NCBI GenBank assembly: GCA_963804995.1
Contig: CAWDSK010000001.1
Coordinates: forward strand, 192,001-256,000
Origin: an uncultured Acidobacteriota bacterium
GTDB lineage: Bacteria; Acidobacteriota; Terriglobia; UBA7540
Direction of reading: 5' to 3'
Length of the DNA stretch: 64,000 nt
Positions 41,093-51,615 of the stretch are shown here, in pieces. Positions within the stretch are counted from its first letter, which is position 1; every line of letters starts with the position of its first letter. The notes beneath the pieces were generated by a model. It saw nothing but the letters and a program-made list of their open reading frames with translations. It was not told the origin of the DNA and searched no databases. The translations under genes were made by a program, and so were the position numbers.

Positions 41093-43005
41093 GTTGCGGT
41101 AGGGATACCGGTTACCCGGTACCCCCCGCACGGATCCGTACGTGCGCTGGTTAGCGCATACGGCTCTTATCTCGGATGTGTGGCGGCGAACCGTTGGGAT
41201 GGCCAAGGATGCACAACGTGCGGAGCAGGCAACCAGCAGGCCGCAAGCTTCCCCAGTCGGTCCCAGTTGAGGCGGTGGCGTTGACTGCGTTGACGCAGTT
41301 GTGTTCGCCACAGTCGGGTCAACCGTTCCCGAAAGATTCGCAGGCGGTCGAGGTTTCCCGGTACCGCGTGATAGTTGAAGTAGCCTTGCACGACCGACCG
41401 GAGCCATTTACCCGTATCCGCGATGGGATCGTGCCGACGCTGCCGGAGTTGTTGCTTGAGTTCCTGCAACTTCCCCCGCAGGCGCTTGCTGATCGTCTTC
41501 CGCTTCACGGTAAATTGCCCCCTCCGGTTCTTCCCGCTGATATGCGTGAAGCCCAGAAAGTCGAACGTCTCCGGCTTACCTTCTCCTCTCCGTTTCCGGT
41601 AAAGTTCGGCAAACGGCCCGAACTCGATCCGGCGCGTTTTGTCAGGATGCAGTTCCAATCCAAACTTCCCCACCCGCTCCCGGAAATCCTCCAGAAAGCG
41701 GTCGGCTTCCGTCTGCGATTGGAATCCAAGGACCGTATCGTCGGCATACCGCACCACGACCACGTCTCCCCGGGCGTGCTTCTTGCGCCACGCCTGCACC
41801 CACAGGTCAAAGACGTAGTGCAGATAGATATTCGCCAGCAGGGGCGAGACCACCGCCCCTTGTGGCGTACCCATCTCCGTCTCCGACCATTCGCCTTCCT
41901 CCCTCACCCCGGCTTTCAGCCATTTCTGGATGAGCCGGAGAATCCGGGGGTCGGCGACGCGATGCTGCACGAACTTGAGCATCCATTCGTGGGATATCGA
42001 ATCGAAAAATCCACGAATGTCCGCGTCAAGAACGTAGTTCACGTGCTTCACCGTGAGCGCGTACGAGAGCGCGTCCAGCGCTTGATGCTGGCTGCATCCC
42101 GGTCGAAAGCCATACGAGAAGCCCAGAAAGTCTTCCTCGTAAATCGCCTTGAGGATGGTGACCACGGCCTGTTGGACGATCTTGTCCTCCAGTGCCGCAA
42201 CCCCCAACGGACGTTGCCGCCCGTCGCCTTTCGGGATATACGCCCTTCGCGAGGGCTTCGCTCGGAATGCTCCGCGGTGGACCCGGCTGTGCAGATCGAC
42301 GAGTCGACCTTCCAGCCCGCTTTCATACTCCTGCCACGTCATGCCGTCTACTCCCGGTGCAGCTTTTCGCTTCAAGGCGTAAAAGCTTTCCCGCAGCAGA
42401 TCGACCGTTAAGTGGTGGAGCAAGGCCGTGAACTTCATCTCCCTGTGTTCCTTCGCGGCTTTCCGCACACCCGCGAGTCCCTGGGACACGCGTGCCCCGC
42501 TCTGTGTCGGGTGCGTGTTAGGCCAACGGGTGTTCTCCTTGATCAGCGGCCTTCCCTCTTCATTCTCCGCCAACGGCTTCCCGTCTTTGTTCAAATGATT
42601 CATCGGTACTGTTCCACTGTCCGACTCCTCGAGAGCGTGCAGGCGGGCTGTACGGCCATCGCCTTTTCCCGCCGTCCGGCCACGATCTACGGCGGCCGGC
42701 GCCTCCGAGGTCTCCCGGTTCTCGTGCAGAAAGTGTCTAGGCGTGTCTGGGGTCTACGACTACGCAGGACTGTGCCGGAACTCGCGTTGGCGTCCCGGCC
42801 TCATGTTGCCTTCCGTTTAGTCTGAAAACGTCGGCGTCCTGATTGGACATTTTCGAAGCTCAATACCCAGCCCACCTATTCCCCTGTTTACGCTTCACCG
42901 TGCGCCTCACGACGCCCAGCGCAAAACTCGGGGCCGAGTGGATCGCTGCTCCTTCCTCGTGAGAAATTTTCATTCTCTGCTTTCTGCCGGTTTATCCCGG
43001 CGCAC
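41093..43005 (-). mobile_element. Complete group II intron (probably bacterial class E lineage)
   Basis: 5' GTGCG at 43005; domain V GAGCCGTATGCG...CGCACGTACGGATC; domain VI ending CCCTACCGCAAC at 41093; internal RT ORF. Class assignment is from memory of RT motifs. Confidence 0.92.
41167..42603 (-). CDS. ltrA: Group II intron reverse transcriptase/maturase (no endonuclease domain)
   Basis: AAPGVDG, YIPKGDGRQRPLG, SYGFRPG, GTPQG, RYADD, FDFLGF, GYFNYHAVP; ends without an HNH domain. Confidence 0.95.
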   Translation of the reverse strand: MNHLNKDGKPLAENEEGRPLIKENTRWPNTHPTQSGARVSQGLAGVRKAAKEHREMKFTALLHHLTVDLLRESFYALKRKAAPGVDGMTWQEYESGLEGRLVDLHSRVHRGAFRAKPSRRAYIPKGDGRQRPLGVAALEDKIVQQAVVTILKAIYEEDFLGFSYGFRPGCSQHQALDALSYALTVKHVNYVLDADIRGFFDSISHEWMLKFVQHRVADPRILRLIQKWLKAGVREEGEWSETEMGTPQGAVVSPLLANIYLHYVFDLWVQAWRKKHARGDVVVVRYADDTVLGFQSQTEADRFLEDFRERVGKFGLELHPDKTRRIEFGPFAELYRKRRGEGKPETFDFLGFTHISGKNRRGQFTVKRKTISKRLRGKLQELKQQLRQRRHDPIADTGKWLRSVVQGYFNYHAVPGNLDRLRIFRERLTRLWRTQLRQRSQRHRLNWDRLGKLAACWLPAPHVVHPWPSQRFAATHPR

Positions 43006-43122
43006 CAGACCTCCGTCGTTGAGGTCTGCGGTTCTTCCTCAGATTCTAGAACCGAACCCTTTCCGCGGGATCACCCGTAAAGACGCAGACCTCAAGGGCG
43101 GAGGTCTGATGCGCTACGCTTC

Positions 43123-43905
43123 CTAACCGAAATGGAAAACCTGGGTAGGGATGGATTGGCTGGCAAGATGCAGCGCGGTGCGCTCACCGCCGGTACGTTG
43201 GGCCAGCGCCTGCTCCACGGTAAGGCGGGCGATTTCAGGATGGTTATTGGTTTCGCTCAGGTGTGCGAGGACCAGCACCTGGGCCGCGCCGTCAAAATCC
43301 TCTGTGAGAAAGCTTGCGGTCGCGAGGTTTGAGAGGTGGCCGGTGCGGCTCATCACCCGCTGCTTGATGTGCCAGGGGTACGGCCCGACCTTCAGCATGT
43401 CGAGATCGTGATTCGATTCGAAGACAAGGCAGTTGCAGCCCTTCACTCTCTCTTTAACAACCGCGTGGACGTAACCGAGGTCAGTGACTACAGCAACCTT
43501 GATGCCCTGTGATTCCAGTGTGAAGCCCACGGGATCGATGGCATCGTGCGGGATGGAAAAAGACGTAACTTCAATATCGCCCACGGAGAATTTCTGCCCG
43601 GGAGTGATGTGCTCAAAGATTTCGAGCTTGGGGGCCCACGCAATCACCTCACGCGTGCGCGGGGTGGCAAACACCGGAACTTTAAGTTCGGAGGAGAGAA
43701 AACGCAGACCGTTGATATGGTCAGTGTGCTCGTGGCTGATCAGGATTCCGTCGAAGCCGTCGGTGCGTTCGCCCACCGTGGTGAGGCGCGCGTACGTCTC
43801 ACGTCGGCTCAGACCTGCGTCAACCAGCAAGCGGGTCTTTTCCGTGGCCACCAGCGTTGAGTTGCCTTTGCTGCCACTGGCCAGGACGCAGACGCGCAGG
43901 CTCAC
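43123..43905 (-). CDS. MBL-fold metallo-hydrolase (YycJ/WalJ-like)
   Basis: LASGSKGN, SHEHTDH, HDAIDP, ESNHD, GHLSN, HLSETNN. Confidence 0.9.
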   Translation of the reverse strand: MSLRVCVLASGSKGNSTLVATEKTRLLVDAGLSRRETYARLTTVGERTDGFDGILISHEHTDHINGLRFLSSELKVPVFATPRTREVIAWAPKLEIFEHITPGQKFSVGDIEVTSFSIPHDAIDPVGFTLESQGIKVAVVTDLGYVHAVVKERVKGCNCLVFESNHDLDMLKVGPYPWHIKQRVMSRTGHLSNLATASFLTEDFDGAAQVLVLAHLSETNNHPEIARLTVEQALAQRTGGERTALHLASQSIPTQVFHFG

Positions 43906-44147
43906 GGCACCTCCCGGCGAATGCGGTTGCAGGTGGCAGGCGACGGGAAACAATGAAAAGTCGAGGACAAAATCCTCGCTTTTAAATTCCCTTCCCTTGC
44001 CGCCTTGCTCGTTTGTTTCAAGTCTTAGACCTCACCCGCAAAAGCTAAGGACGATTATAGGATGGTTTGGGAGAAATCTGATAAGCAAATGGGGCCAAAG
44101 GAAGTCGTGCAGTTTGTCGCCGTAGCGGCGAGTTTACTTCGCCATAG

Positions 44148-44465
44148 GGCCGCGCGGCGGAGCCGCAAGGGCAAGGCAAAAGGCAAATTGCAAAAGGCAA
44201 AAGGCAAAAGTGAAAAGCCCTGCTGACGGCAGACTGGCACAGAGCGAGCGTAGCGCGGACCTCCGTTTTTGAGGTCCGCGGCTCTTCATGCAAAAAAACT
44301 CAGATCTCGATGATGGGGGCTGCCCTCGGATTCGGTGGCGTGAATCTAAGGAAGAACCGCAGACCTCAAAATCGGAGGTCTGCGCTACCCGGGCTGGCGT
44401 GAGCAAGGACTTTTTCATTTTGCATTTTGCCTTTTGCCTTGCTTTTGCGGCTCCGCCCCGCTGCG
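44148..44465. repeat. Composite palindrome: inverted (GGCAAAA)n/(TTTTGCC)n arrays enclosing a GTAG-type REP doublet
   Basis: Arrays at 44170-44215 and 44410-44450; REPs gtagcgcggacctc..gaggtccgcg (44250) and cgcagacctc..gaggtctgcgctac (44358-44388). Confidence 0.8.
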
Positions 44466-44758
44466 CAACCCCCTCAAGGCTCAGGACTCGTGAACCAACT
44501 AGTGCCAAACCCGCAAATCCCTAACCCCGAACCCCTAATCCCTGCCCCCTGGCACTTATCTTATGATCGCCTGCCCCTGCGCTCCATCATGGTCCCGCCC
44601 GCAAGCCGTCACAGCCAATATGACCGTGCCCCACAAAATGAGTCACTCTCCACCATGTCCTGCATTGTCGCTGCCTGAAAACCTATGCTAGGATGGCAGA
44701 TTGCTTCGAGCGCAGCCGTGCCATTCTACTCTTAGCCTCATGGTTTGAAGGAGCTCTG

Positions 44759-46859
44759 GTGAAAATCTACGAAGGCGAAAACATTCGTAATGTGGCACTG
44801 GTTGGCCACGGGGATACAGGAAAAACGCAGCTCGTTTCGGCCCTGCTCTTCACCGCGGGCATGGTGAACCGTCTGGGCAAGGTGGACGAAGGCACGTCCG
44901 TCACGGACTACGACGAGGAAGAAATCCAGCGCAAGTTTTCCATCAGCGCCTCGCTGGCTTACGCCGAGTGGGGGAAGACGAAAATCAATTTCATCGATAC
45001 GCCCGGCTACAACATCTTCATGCACGAGACGGAAGCTGCGCTGGTGGCCGCTGATTCCGCCCTGCTGCTGGTGCACGGCGTGGCCGGCATCGAAGTGCAG
45101 ACGGAAAAGGTTTGGGGATTCTGCGAAAAGTACGGTCTGCCGCGCGCCCTGGTGATCAACCAGTTGGATCGCGACCGCGCCAGTTTTGAGCGCGCGCTCG
45201 AAGCCCTGCGCGGCGCTTACGGACGGGCCGTGATTCCCGTGCAACTGCCCATTGGCGAGGAGAAGAATTTCCGCGGCGTCGGTGGACCTGGTCGCGGATG
45301 AAGGCTTATCTTTACGAACCCAACGGCTCCGGCAAGGCCAAGGAAGCGGAAATCCCCGCCGACCTCCAGGACGCCGCCACCAAGGCCCACGAAGCGCTGG
45401 TGGAAATGGTGGCGGAAGGCAACGACAAGCTGATGGAGGAGTTCTTCGAAAAGGGCACGATCCCCGTGGAGGACCTGGTGCCGGGCCTGAAGCAGGCCAT
45501 CGGTGAAAGGCGGATCTATCCCCGTGGTGGTTGCCGCCGGACTGCTCAACATCGGCAGCGAGACCTTGCTGAATTTCCTGGTGGATTACCTGCCGTCGCC
45601 GCTGGAGCGAGGCGAAGTTGAGGGCCTGGACCACGAGGGCGGCCAGCCCGTCAAGCGCAAGATCGCGGACGACCAGCCCGTCTCCGCCTACGTCTTCAAG
45701 ACGGTCGCCGATCCCTTCGCCGGCCGCGTCAGCTACTTCAAAGTGATGTCCGGCGTCCTCAAGAACGAAGCCAACCTGACCAATTTCAATCGCGGCTCCT
45801 CGGAGCGCCTCTCCCACATCAGCGTGGTGCAGGGGAAGACCCAGAGCGCCGTGGCCGAACTCCACGCGGGGGACATCGGCGCGGTGGCCAAACTGAAAGA
45901 TACGCTGACCGGCGACACGCTGGGCGACAAGTCCGCGCCCATCGTTTACCCCAAGGTCAAAGCTCGCCGAGCCCGCCATTTCCTTCGCCATCGAGCCCAA
46001 GTCGCGCGGCGACGAGGACAAGCTTTCCACCGCCATCCACCGGATGCTGGAAGAAGACCTGCTGCTGCGCTTCTCCCGCGACCCGCAGACCAAGGAATTC
46101 CTGCTCTCCGGCGCGGGCCAGCAGCACGTGGAAGTGGCGGTCTCGAAACTCAAGCGGCGCTTCAACATTGAGGTCTCGCTCAAAGCGCCCAAGATTCCCT
46201 ACCGGGAGACGATTCGCGCCAAGGCCGATGCGCAGGGCAAACACAAGAAGCAGACCGGCGGCCATGGCCAGTACGGCGACTGCTGGATCAAGTTGGAACC
46301 CCTGGCGCACGGGGGCGGTTTCGAGTTTGTGAACGACATCTTCGGCGGCGCCATTCCGCGCAACTTCATTCCCGCCGTCGAAAAGGGCATCATCGAGGCG
46401 GCGGCGAGAGGCTATCTGGCCGGTTACCCGGTGGTGGATTTCCGGGTCATCCTCTACGACGGCTCCTACCACGACGTCGATTCCTCGGAAATGGCCTTCA
46501 AGCTGGCGGGCTCCAAGGGCTTCAAGAAGTGCATGGAGCAGGCCAAGCCCTGCCTGCTCGAGCCCATCATGAACGTGGAGATTACCGTTCCGGAAAATTA
46601 TTCCGGAGACATCATGGGCAACCTGAATGGCCGCCGGGGCCGCATCCAGGGCATGGAGCCGAAGGGCGGCTCAACCGTCGTCAAGGCCCAGGTGCCGCTG
46701 GCGGAAATGCTCACTTACGCCTCCGACCTCACCTCCATGACCCAGGGCCGCGGGACGTACTCCATGGAAATGTCGCACTACGACATTGTTCCGCAGATGA
46801 TCGCTGACAAGATCGTCGCCGCGCACAAGCCCTCTGCCACCGAAGAAGAGGAAGAGTAG
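44759..46859 (+). CDS. Elongation factor G paralogue (EF-G2/FusA2-like), with apparent frameshifts near 45281-45295, 45520 and 45960
   Basis: GHGDTGKT, IDTPG, KHKKQTGGHGQYG, DGSYHDVDSSEMAF, LLEPIM; split over four ORFs by extra bases. Confidence 0.88.
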
Positions 46860-46934
46860 GGGCGGGAGGGGTTCGAGACCAGCCTCAATACTGTTCACTT
46901 AGGGGGGTTGTTACTTCAGGATTTATTCCTGGCC

Positions 46935-47077
46935 GACCCCCTCACCCCCCGGCCCCTCTCCCCCAAGGGGGCGAGGGGAGAGTTAATTTGAATCTCTAGC
47001 CCTCGGTCGCCGCGGCGACAGAGGGTGGACCGCTGCCGGCGTTTTCATCAGCCGGAGCGGGACGGGTGAGGGGGTCA
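46935..47077. repeat. REP-like palindromic element (GACCCCCTCACCC...GGGTGAGGGGGTC)
   Basis: Near-identical copy at 60083-60224; relatives at 15248, 16154 and 50920. Confidence 0.85.
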
Positions 47078-47223
47078 TAGCATCGAACCGGATACAATCC
47101 ACCTAAAAGAGCGTAAGTAAACAGCATTGCGTCTAGTCATCCCCCGCAGGGGACACCCTTCCGCGCGCCGAGAGCCAGGGTGGCAACTCGCTTTCCCGCC
47201 CGGGCGTCGACGAGGAGCGCCAC

Positions 47224-48213
47224 ATGTTCATTCCGCAGGTTTACTCCGTTGCATTCGCCATGATGATTCTCAGCATGATTTGCTGGGGAAGTTGGGCCAA
47301 TACGCAAAAGGCCACAGGAAGCTGGCGGTTCGAGCTCTTTTACTGGGACTACGTTTGGGGCATTTTGCTGTGCACGCTGGTGGTTGGCTTCACGCTGGGC
47401 CGTACGGATCCCGCCAGCCCCGACAGCTTCCTCACCAACCTTGCCGCCGCCGATGCCCAACATCTGCTGCTGGGCTTTGCCGGAGGGTTGGTCTTCAACG
47501 TTGGCAACATCCTGCTGGTGGGAGCGATTGCCATGGCAGGGTTGGCGGTGGCGTTTCCCATCGGCATCGGCCTGGCGCTGGTCATTGGCGCCACGCTCAA
47601 TTACCTCATCGCGCCCAAAGGCAATCCACTGCTGCTCTTCGGCGGGATCGCACTGGTCGTGGTGGCCATCGTGCTGGATGCGCTGGCCTACCGGCAACTT
47701 TCTTCTGACCGCAAGGTGACCACCAAGGGAATTGTGGCAAGCCTGATTGCAGGTGCGCTCATTGGCGCCTTCTATCCGCTGATTGCCAAGGCGCTACAAG
47801 GCGAGCATCACCTGGTGCCTTATTCCGTGATGTTGATGTTCGCGCTGGGAATCGTGGCCTGCACGATCCCGGTGAATTATATCTTCATGCGACGCCCCGT
47901 TTCCGGCCCGCCCGTGAGCATGGCGGATTACTGGGCGGGCGCCGGCCGCCTGCATTTATGGGGAATCCTGGGCGGCGCGTTCTGGTGTGTGGGCACGATA
48001 GCGAATTTCGTCGCCTCTTACGCGCAGATGGTGGGGCCCGCCACTTCTTACGCGCTGGGCCAGGGCGCTACAATGGTCTCCGCCATCTGGGGAGTGTTCG
48101 TGTGGAAAGAGTTTCGCGGCGCAGGTCCGACGGCGAAACGCCTGCTGGTCCTGATGTTTGTCTTTTTCATTTTCGGATTGGCTTGCGTGGCGCTGGCGCC
48201 GGTGGTGAAGTGA
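47224..48213 (+). CDS. GRP-family (DMT superfamily) sugar/ureide-type transporter
   Basis: CWGSWANTQK, RFELFYWDY, VAFPIGIGLAL, SYALGQGATMVSAIWGVFVWKEF. Confidence 0.85.
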   Translation: MFIPQVYSVAFAMMILSMICWGSWANTQKATGSWRFELFYWDYVWGILLCTLVVGFTLGRTDPASPDSFLTNLAAADAQHLLLGFAGGLVFNVGNILLVGAIAMAGLAVAFPIGIGLALVIGATLNYLIAPKGNPLLLFGGIALVVVAIVLDALAYRQLSSDRKVTTKGIVASLIAGALIGAFYPLIAKALQGEHHLVPYSVMLMFALGIVACTIPVNYIFMRRPVSGPPVSMADYWAGAGRLHLWGILGGAFWCVGTIANFVASYAQMVGPATSYALGQGATMVSAIWGVFVWKEFRGAGPTAKRLLVLMFVFFIFGLACVALAPVVK

Positions 48214-48417
48214 GGGAACAGGTTGAAGGTTGAAAGTTGAAGGTCTAAAGTTGAAACTTTATTGCCTGAGGGTGTCAGCATGGGAAGAGTATCAGCAGCG
48301 TTCAGCCCAGATTTTAGACTCCCCCGGCCTGCCACGGCCAAGGTGTAACCCGGCACGAGTTTTGACACAAAGTGCATACCATTCGGAGCGGTGATGTTTC
48401 ACGCGAATTGTGGCGGC

Positions 48418-50052
48418 TTACCGGCTGGGCGCAAGGGAGGCGGATTCCCGGCGTTTTGCAGTGAAATCCAACGCGAAAGCCGGGTTGGAAGATGTGCCGG
48501 TAATGGAGAAGGGAACCACGGTAACGGACTTCTGTTTCAGGAGCGGACCGACTGCCTTCAATACCAGTGCTTTGAATCCCGACGTGGTATCGGATAACTT
48601 TCCCTCCGTGTGCAGAATTCCATGGAGATCAACTTTCTGGTCCAGCAAGTTGTAAGTGCCTTGAAGCTGTGCGCGCGTGCCTGGAGCGCTGAAGGAGACG
48701 TTGGACAGGGTTGCGACTCCATTTTTCACTGAGACCTGCCCGCTAAGCTGAGAGAGCATCGTTTCCGGGTCTTCGGCTTGATGCTCCTTGTTCTCACCGC
48801 GCGCACTCTCGGCTAACGCATTTACCGGCTGCTGGAGGGCTGGGTTTTCGAAATGTCCGCTGCCAATGCCGCAGGTTCCGGCAAGATCGAGCTTCCTCAA
48901 GAATCCCGGCGGCCCCGGCGGCACTTGTACTTTCGCACGCAGGCTGATGCTGCCGGTCATCGATGGGCGCTTCTCATCCGTAACGAGGGACAATAGATCC
49001 TCAATGCGGCCTCCCTTCACGGCCATTTCCAGGTTAACTGTTTTTCCGTGCTGGCCGGGGTGTCCGGCGACGCTGCCATTCACCGTCACCGTGGTTCGCT
49101 GAAAGTGCGTGTCCACTCTCTGAAGATCGGTGTCTCCATTCGTTCCGTCTACAAACGCCTGGAATTGCGAAATCAGGTGGACGGTGTGGCTGCTTCCGGA
49201 TACGCGAAAGTCGGGCACGTCGGCTTCGCCATTCGCCTCGATATGGCCGATGGTACCGCTGAACTTGCCTTGGGACGATAGGGTACCTGAGATACCCTCG
49301 AACCTTGCCAGGTTCGCGTGTTCATAAGTAAAGGAACCCGTCACCGGAGTACTGCCCGGGTCGTCCTCATTCCAGGGGCCGACCTTCCCTTCCGACCTGA
49401 TTTCCCCGGGCGGCTCGGGATTGTACAACGCTGCATGGTAGGGGATGATCCCTTTCTCACCGACCTCGTACAAGGTCAACCGATGAACCTGCAGCTTGAA
49501 GGGTTCCTGGCCCCGCTGCCGGGGCATGAACTCCAACAGAGCGCCATCCGTGGTGATCTCGCCAATCATGACCGTAGCGCCCGTGGTGCTGGACGTCAAC
49601 GGCATCACACTCGACGGCTGTGCCCTCGGGCCCGGCGGCGGTATCAAAACGTGCAAACCCTTCACCTGAACCGCATCCACACGCTTGTGAATCCGCAAAA
49701 GGCCATTGTAGCTTCCTTGAATTATCAGCGTCTGGACCGTGATCAATGGTGGCAGGTCAGTGCGTTTCCGGTGCAGGAAACTGACCCCTTCAGCCACGCA
49801 CCCCGGTGGAAAGTAAGTTTTGCGGAAGCTGCGGATTTGGACGGTTCGGGTGAATCGGTCCTGCAGCGCCTTGGTGACAGCCTGTTGCGTGAATGGCCAG
49901 TTCCAGGCCAACACGATCAGCATGATGCCCATGATGACTATGAGCGACGCTCCTATGATCAGCCACCAGCGTCCAGGCACCCACCGCTGCCCCGGTGCGT
50001 GGGCCTCCCTCGTGCCGTCGCGTATGGAAATCGCGGAAGACTCTCTGATCAT
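48418..50052 (-). CDS. AsmA-like protein
   Basis: N-terminal TM anchor, beta-rich body, C-terminal GTYNLLDQKVDLHG...PFSITGTSSNPAF. Confidence 0.75.
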   Translation of the reverse strand: MIRESSAISIRDGTREAHAPGQRWVPGRWWLIIGASLIVIMGIMLIVLAWNWPFTQQAVTKALQDRFTRTVQIRSFRKTYFPPGCVAEGVSFLHRKRTDLPPLITVQTLIIQGSYNGLLRIHKRVDAVQVKGLHVLIPPPGPRAQPSSVMPLTSSTTGATVMIGEITTDGALLEFMPRQRGQEPFKLQVHRLTLYEVGEKGIIPYHAALYNPEPPGEIRSEGKVGPWNEDDPGSTPVTGSFTYEHANLARFEGISGTLSSQGKFSGTIGHIEANGEADVPDFRVSGSSHTVHLISQFQAFVDGTNGDTDLQRVDTHFQRTTVTVNGSVAGHPGQHGKTVNLEMAVKGGRIEDLLSLVTDEKRPSMTGSISLRAKVQVPPGPPGFLRKLDLAGTCGIGSGHFENPALQQPVNALAESARGENKEHQAEDPETMLSQLSGQVSVKNGVATLSNVSFSAPGTRAQLQGTYNLLDQKVDLHGILHTEGKLSDTTSGFKALVLKAVGPLLKQKSVTVVPFSITGTSSNPAFALDFTAKRRESASLAPSR

Positions 50053-50514
50053 TTATGTACTGCTCCAACGTGTTCAGACTTGTATGGACACCCCCTCATA
50101 ATACGTGGCACAGCCGCACCATCATTACGACGAATGGGTCTCTTCGTTTCCTCCGCCAGTGGCCGGGCTAACCTCCCCAGGAGAGAGAAACTCTAAGCCC
50201 TCCTGTCCTTATATCCTATGGGGAGTAAACGTGTCAGCCCAGTATTGCTCATATGTTTGGTCAAAATTGCTCGTTCTATTTGTACGAGGGGGAAAATGCA
50301 GTGAAGGCCTAACCAGAATTTCCGATTTAGGTCTCCCTGCTTGTTCCTGCCAACAATTCAACCAAGTTGTATTGTCCGTTGGGTCACAACGCACCCTGTA
50401 GGGCGTCGAACCAATCGCTGCAGTAAAAGGATTACGTGCGAGATTGCTTCCGTCGTTGCCTCTAAGCAGCCTTGAGCTCAGCGTGGCAAAACAGAATCTG
50501 AAAGGTGAATGGGC

Positions 50515-50705
50515 CAAACCCAGCGATCGGGTGCCTGCGCGTCACGGACCTGCCGCAGGTGGCGGGCTTACTCTCTCCAGCCGAGCTGGTGTTCATGGGC
50601 GAGTACCCCTCGGCGTATGATTGGGCCCAAGACCTCTATCGAAGGCTGGGAGCCGCGGAGCGGTTCCGGCGCGTCAGTAAGCTGGAGGATTGGCGGCCAA
50701 GCTGA
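50515..50705 (+). pseudogene. Orphan 3'-terminal fragment of an unidentified GC-rich gene
   Basis: PAIGCLRVTDLPQVAGLLSPAELVF...DWRPS*; host-like codon usage, abrupt junction with AT-richer DNA upstream. Confidence 0.5.
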
Positions 50706-50816
50706 GGAAGGGCAGGGCCTTCCAACGAATTATCCAGGTTGAAAAACTCCTGTAGGCCGGCGTGTTGGTTCAGCCTGAAATGGAGAGAAGGCGCTCTCCG
50801 TTAGTGAATATTCAGC

Positions 50817-50892
50817 CCACCCCTCGAAACTCAGCCTTACCGGCTTTTGGAGTGCGGCCGCGAAGCTGCCGCTTTGCCTTTCGCCAGCTTGC
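50817..50892 (+). repeat. 76-bp direct repeat (second copy 52330-52405)
   Basis: ccacccctcgaaactcagcc...ctttcgccagcttgc appears identical in both copies. Confidence 0.85.
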
Positions 50893-50968
50893 AGGCGCCT
50901 AAAAACTGTGTTTTCCTTCTCCCGAAGGTGGACCGCGAACGGCGTTCTCACCAGCCGTCGCGGGCCGG

Positions 50969-51090
50969 ACCTACGTCCGCCGAAGGGTTTCCACGCCGGT
51001 AGTCACTATGGACTTCGGCCCGCAGGCGGACCTACGTCCGCCGCAGGGTCATCACGCGTCTAGACCCTTTAGACTTCAGCCCGCAGGAGG
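50969..51090 (+). repeat. Two tandem 61-bp units with constant ends and variable core, inside a REP
   Basis: ACCTACGTCCGCCG(A/C)AGG-core-ACTTC(G/A)GCCCGCAGG(C/A)GG at 50969-51029 and 51030-51090. Confidence 0.8.
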
Positions 51091-51615
51091 GGGCCCCTCG
51101 TTCTGCTTGATGTGGGGATGAGGGGTTGCTTACTGCCCCCGAGCGCCCGATGAAGATGCTTTTCCTTCTCCCAGGGGAGAAGGTGGCGGAGGGACGATGC
51201 CGGATGAGGGGTCTCTTCCGCACGCCACCCCTAAAATCCTCATCTCCTCCCCAAAAACCGCCGATAAACGAAGCGGGGGAGTGTCGGGGGCACTGCGAGG
51301 GGGCCAAGGACGGAAAACGGAACTCGGGACTCAGCCTGTCGACTCGTCACTCGTCACTCCACTTCCCGAGCCCTGGATTTGCTCCCGTATCCCGAATCCC
51401 ATGCCCCGTACCCCGGTTCTCCCGTCACTGTACTTCCCGTGCCTTGGATTTGCTCCCGTATCCCGTATCCCGAGTCCCGTACCCCGGTTCTCCAGCCACT
51501 TGTCACTGTCTCTTCGCGTCCGGCTGCTGGTTCGCGCGAGCGCGCGGGGAAGAGCCGCATAGGAATCCGTCGGCCGCGAGAACCGGCCACTGACGGGCTG
51601 ACGGATAATTGTGAG

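Noticed and set aside
41167..42603. Retron, DGR or defence-associated reverse transcriptase
   Set aside because: Complete group II intron RNA boundaries (GTGCG, domains V and VI) and a maturase domain are present. No template/variable repeat pair was seen, and the Avd-like gene is about 19 kb away.
44759..46859. Programmed frameshifting or pseudogenisation of the EF-G paralogue, purB (near 40040), the GWxTD gene (near 131) and the ABC ATPase (near 32360)
   Set aside because: Where traceable, the shifts are extra single bases, mostly in short runs, in otherwise undegraded genes including the normally essential purB. This is best explained as long-read consensus error and needs read-level checking.
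50100..50504. Gene in the AT-richer segment upstream of the AsmA-like gene
   Set aside because: Only short ORFs with no recognisable motif or RBS; probably a decayed remnant.
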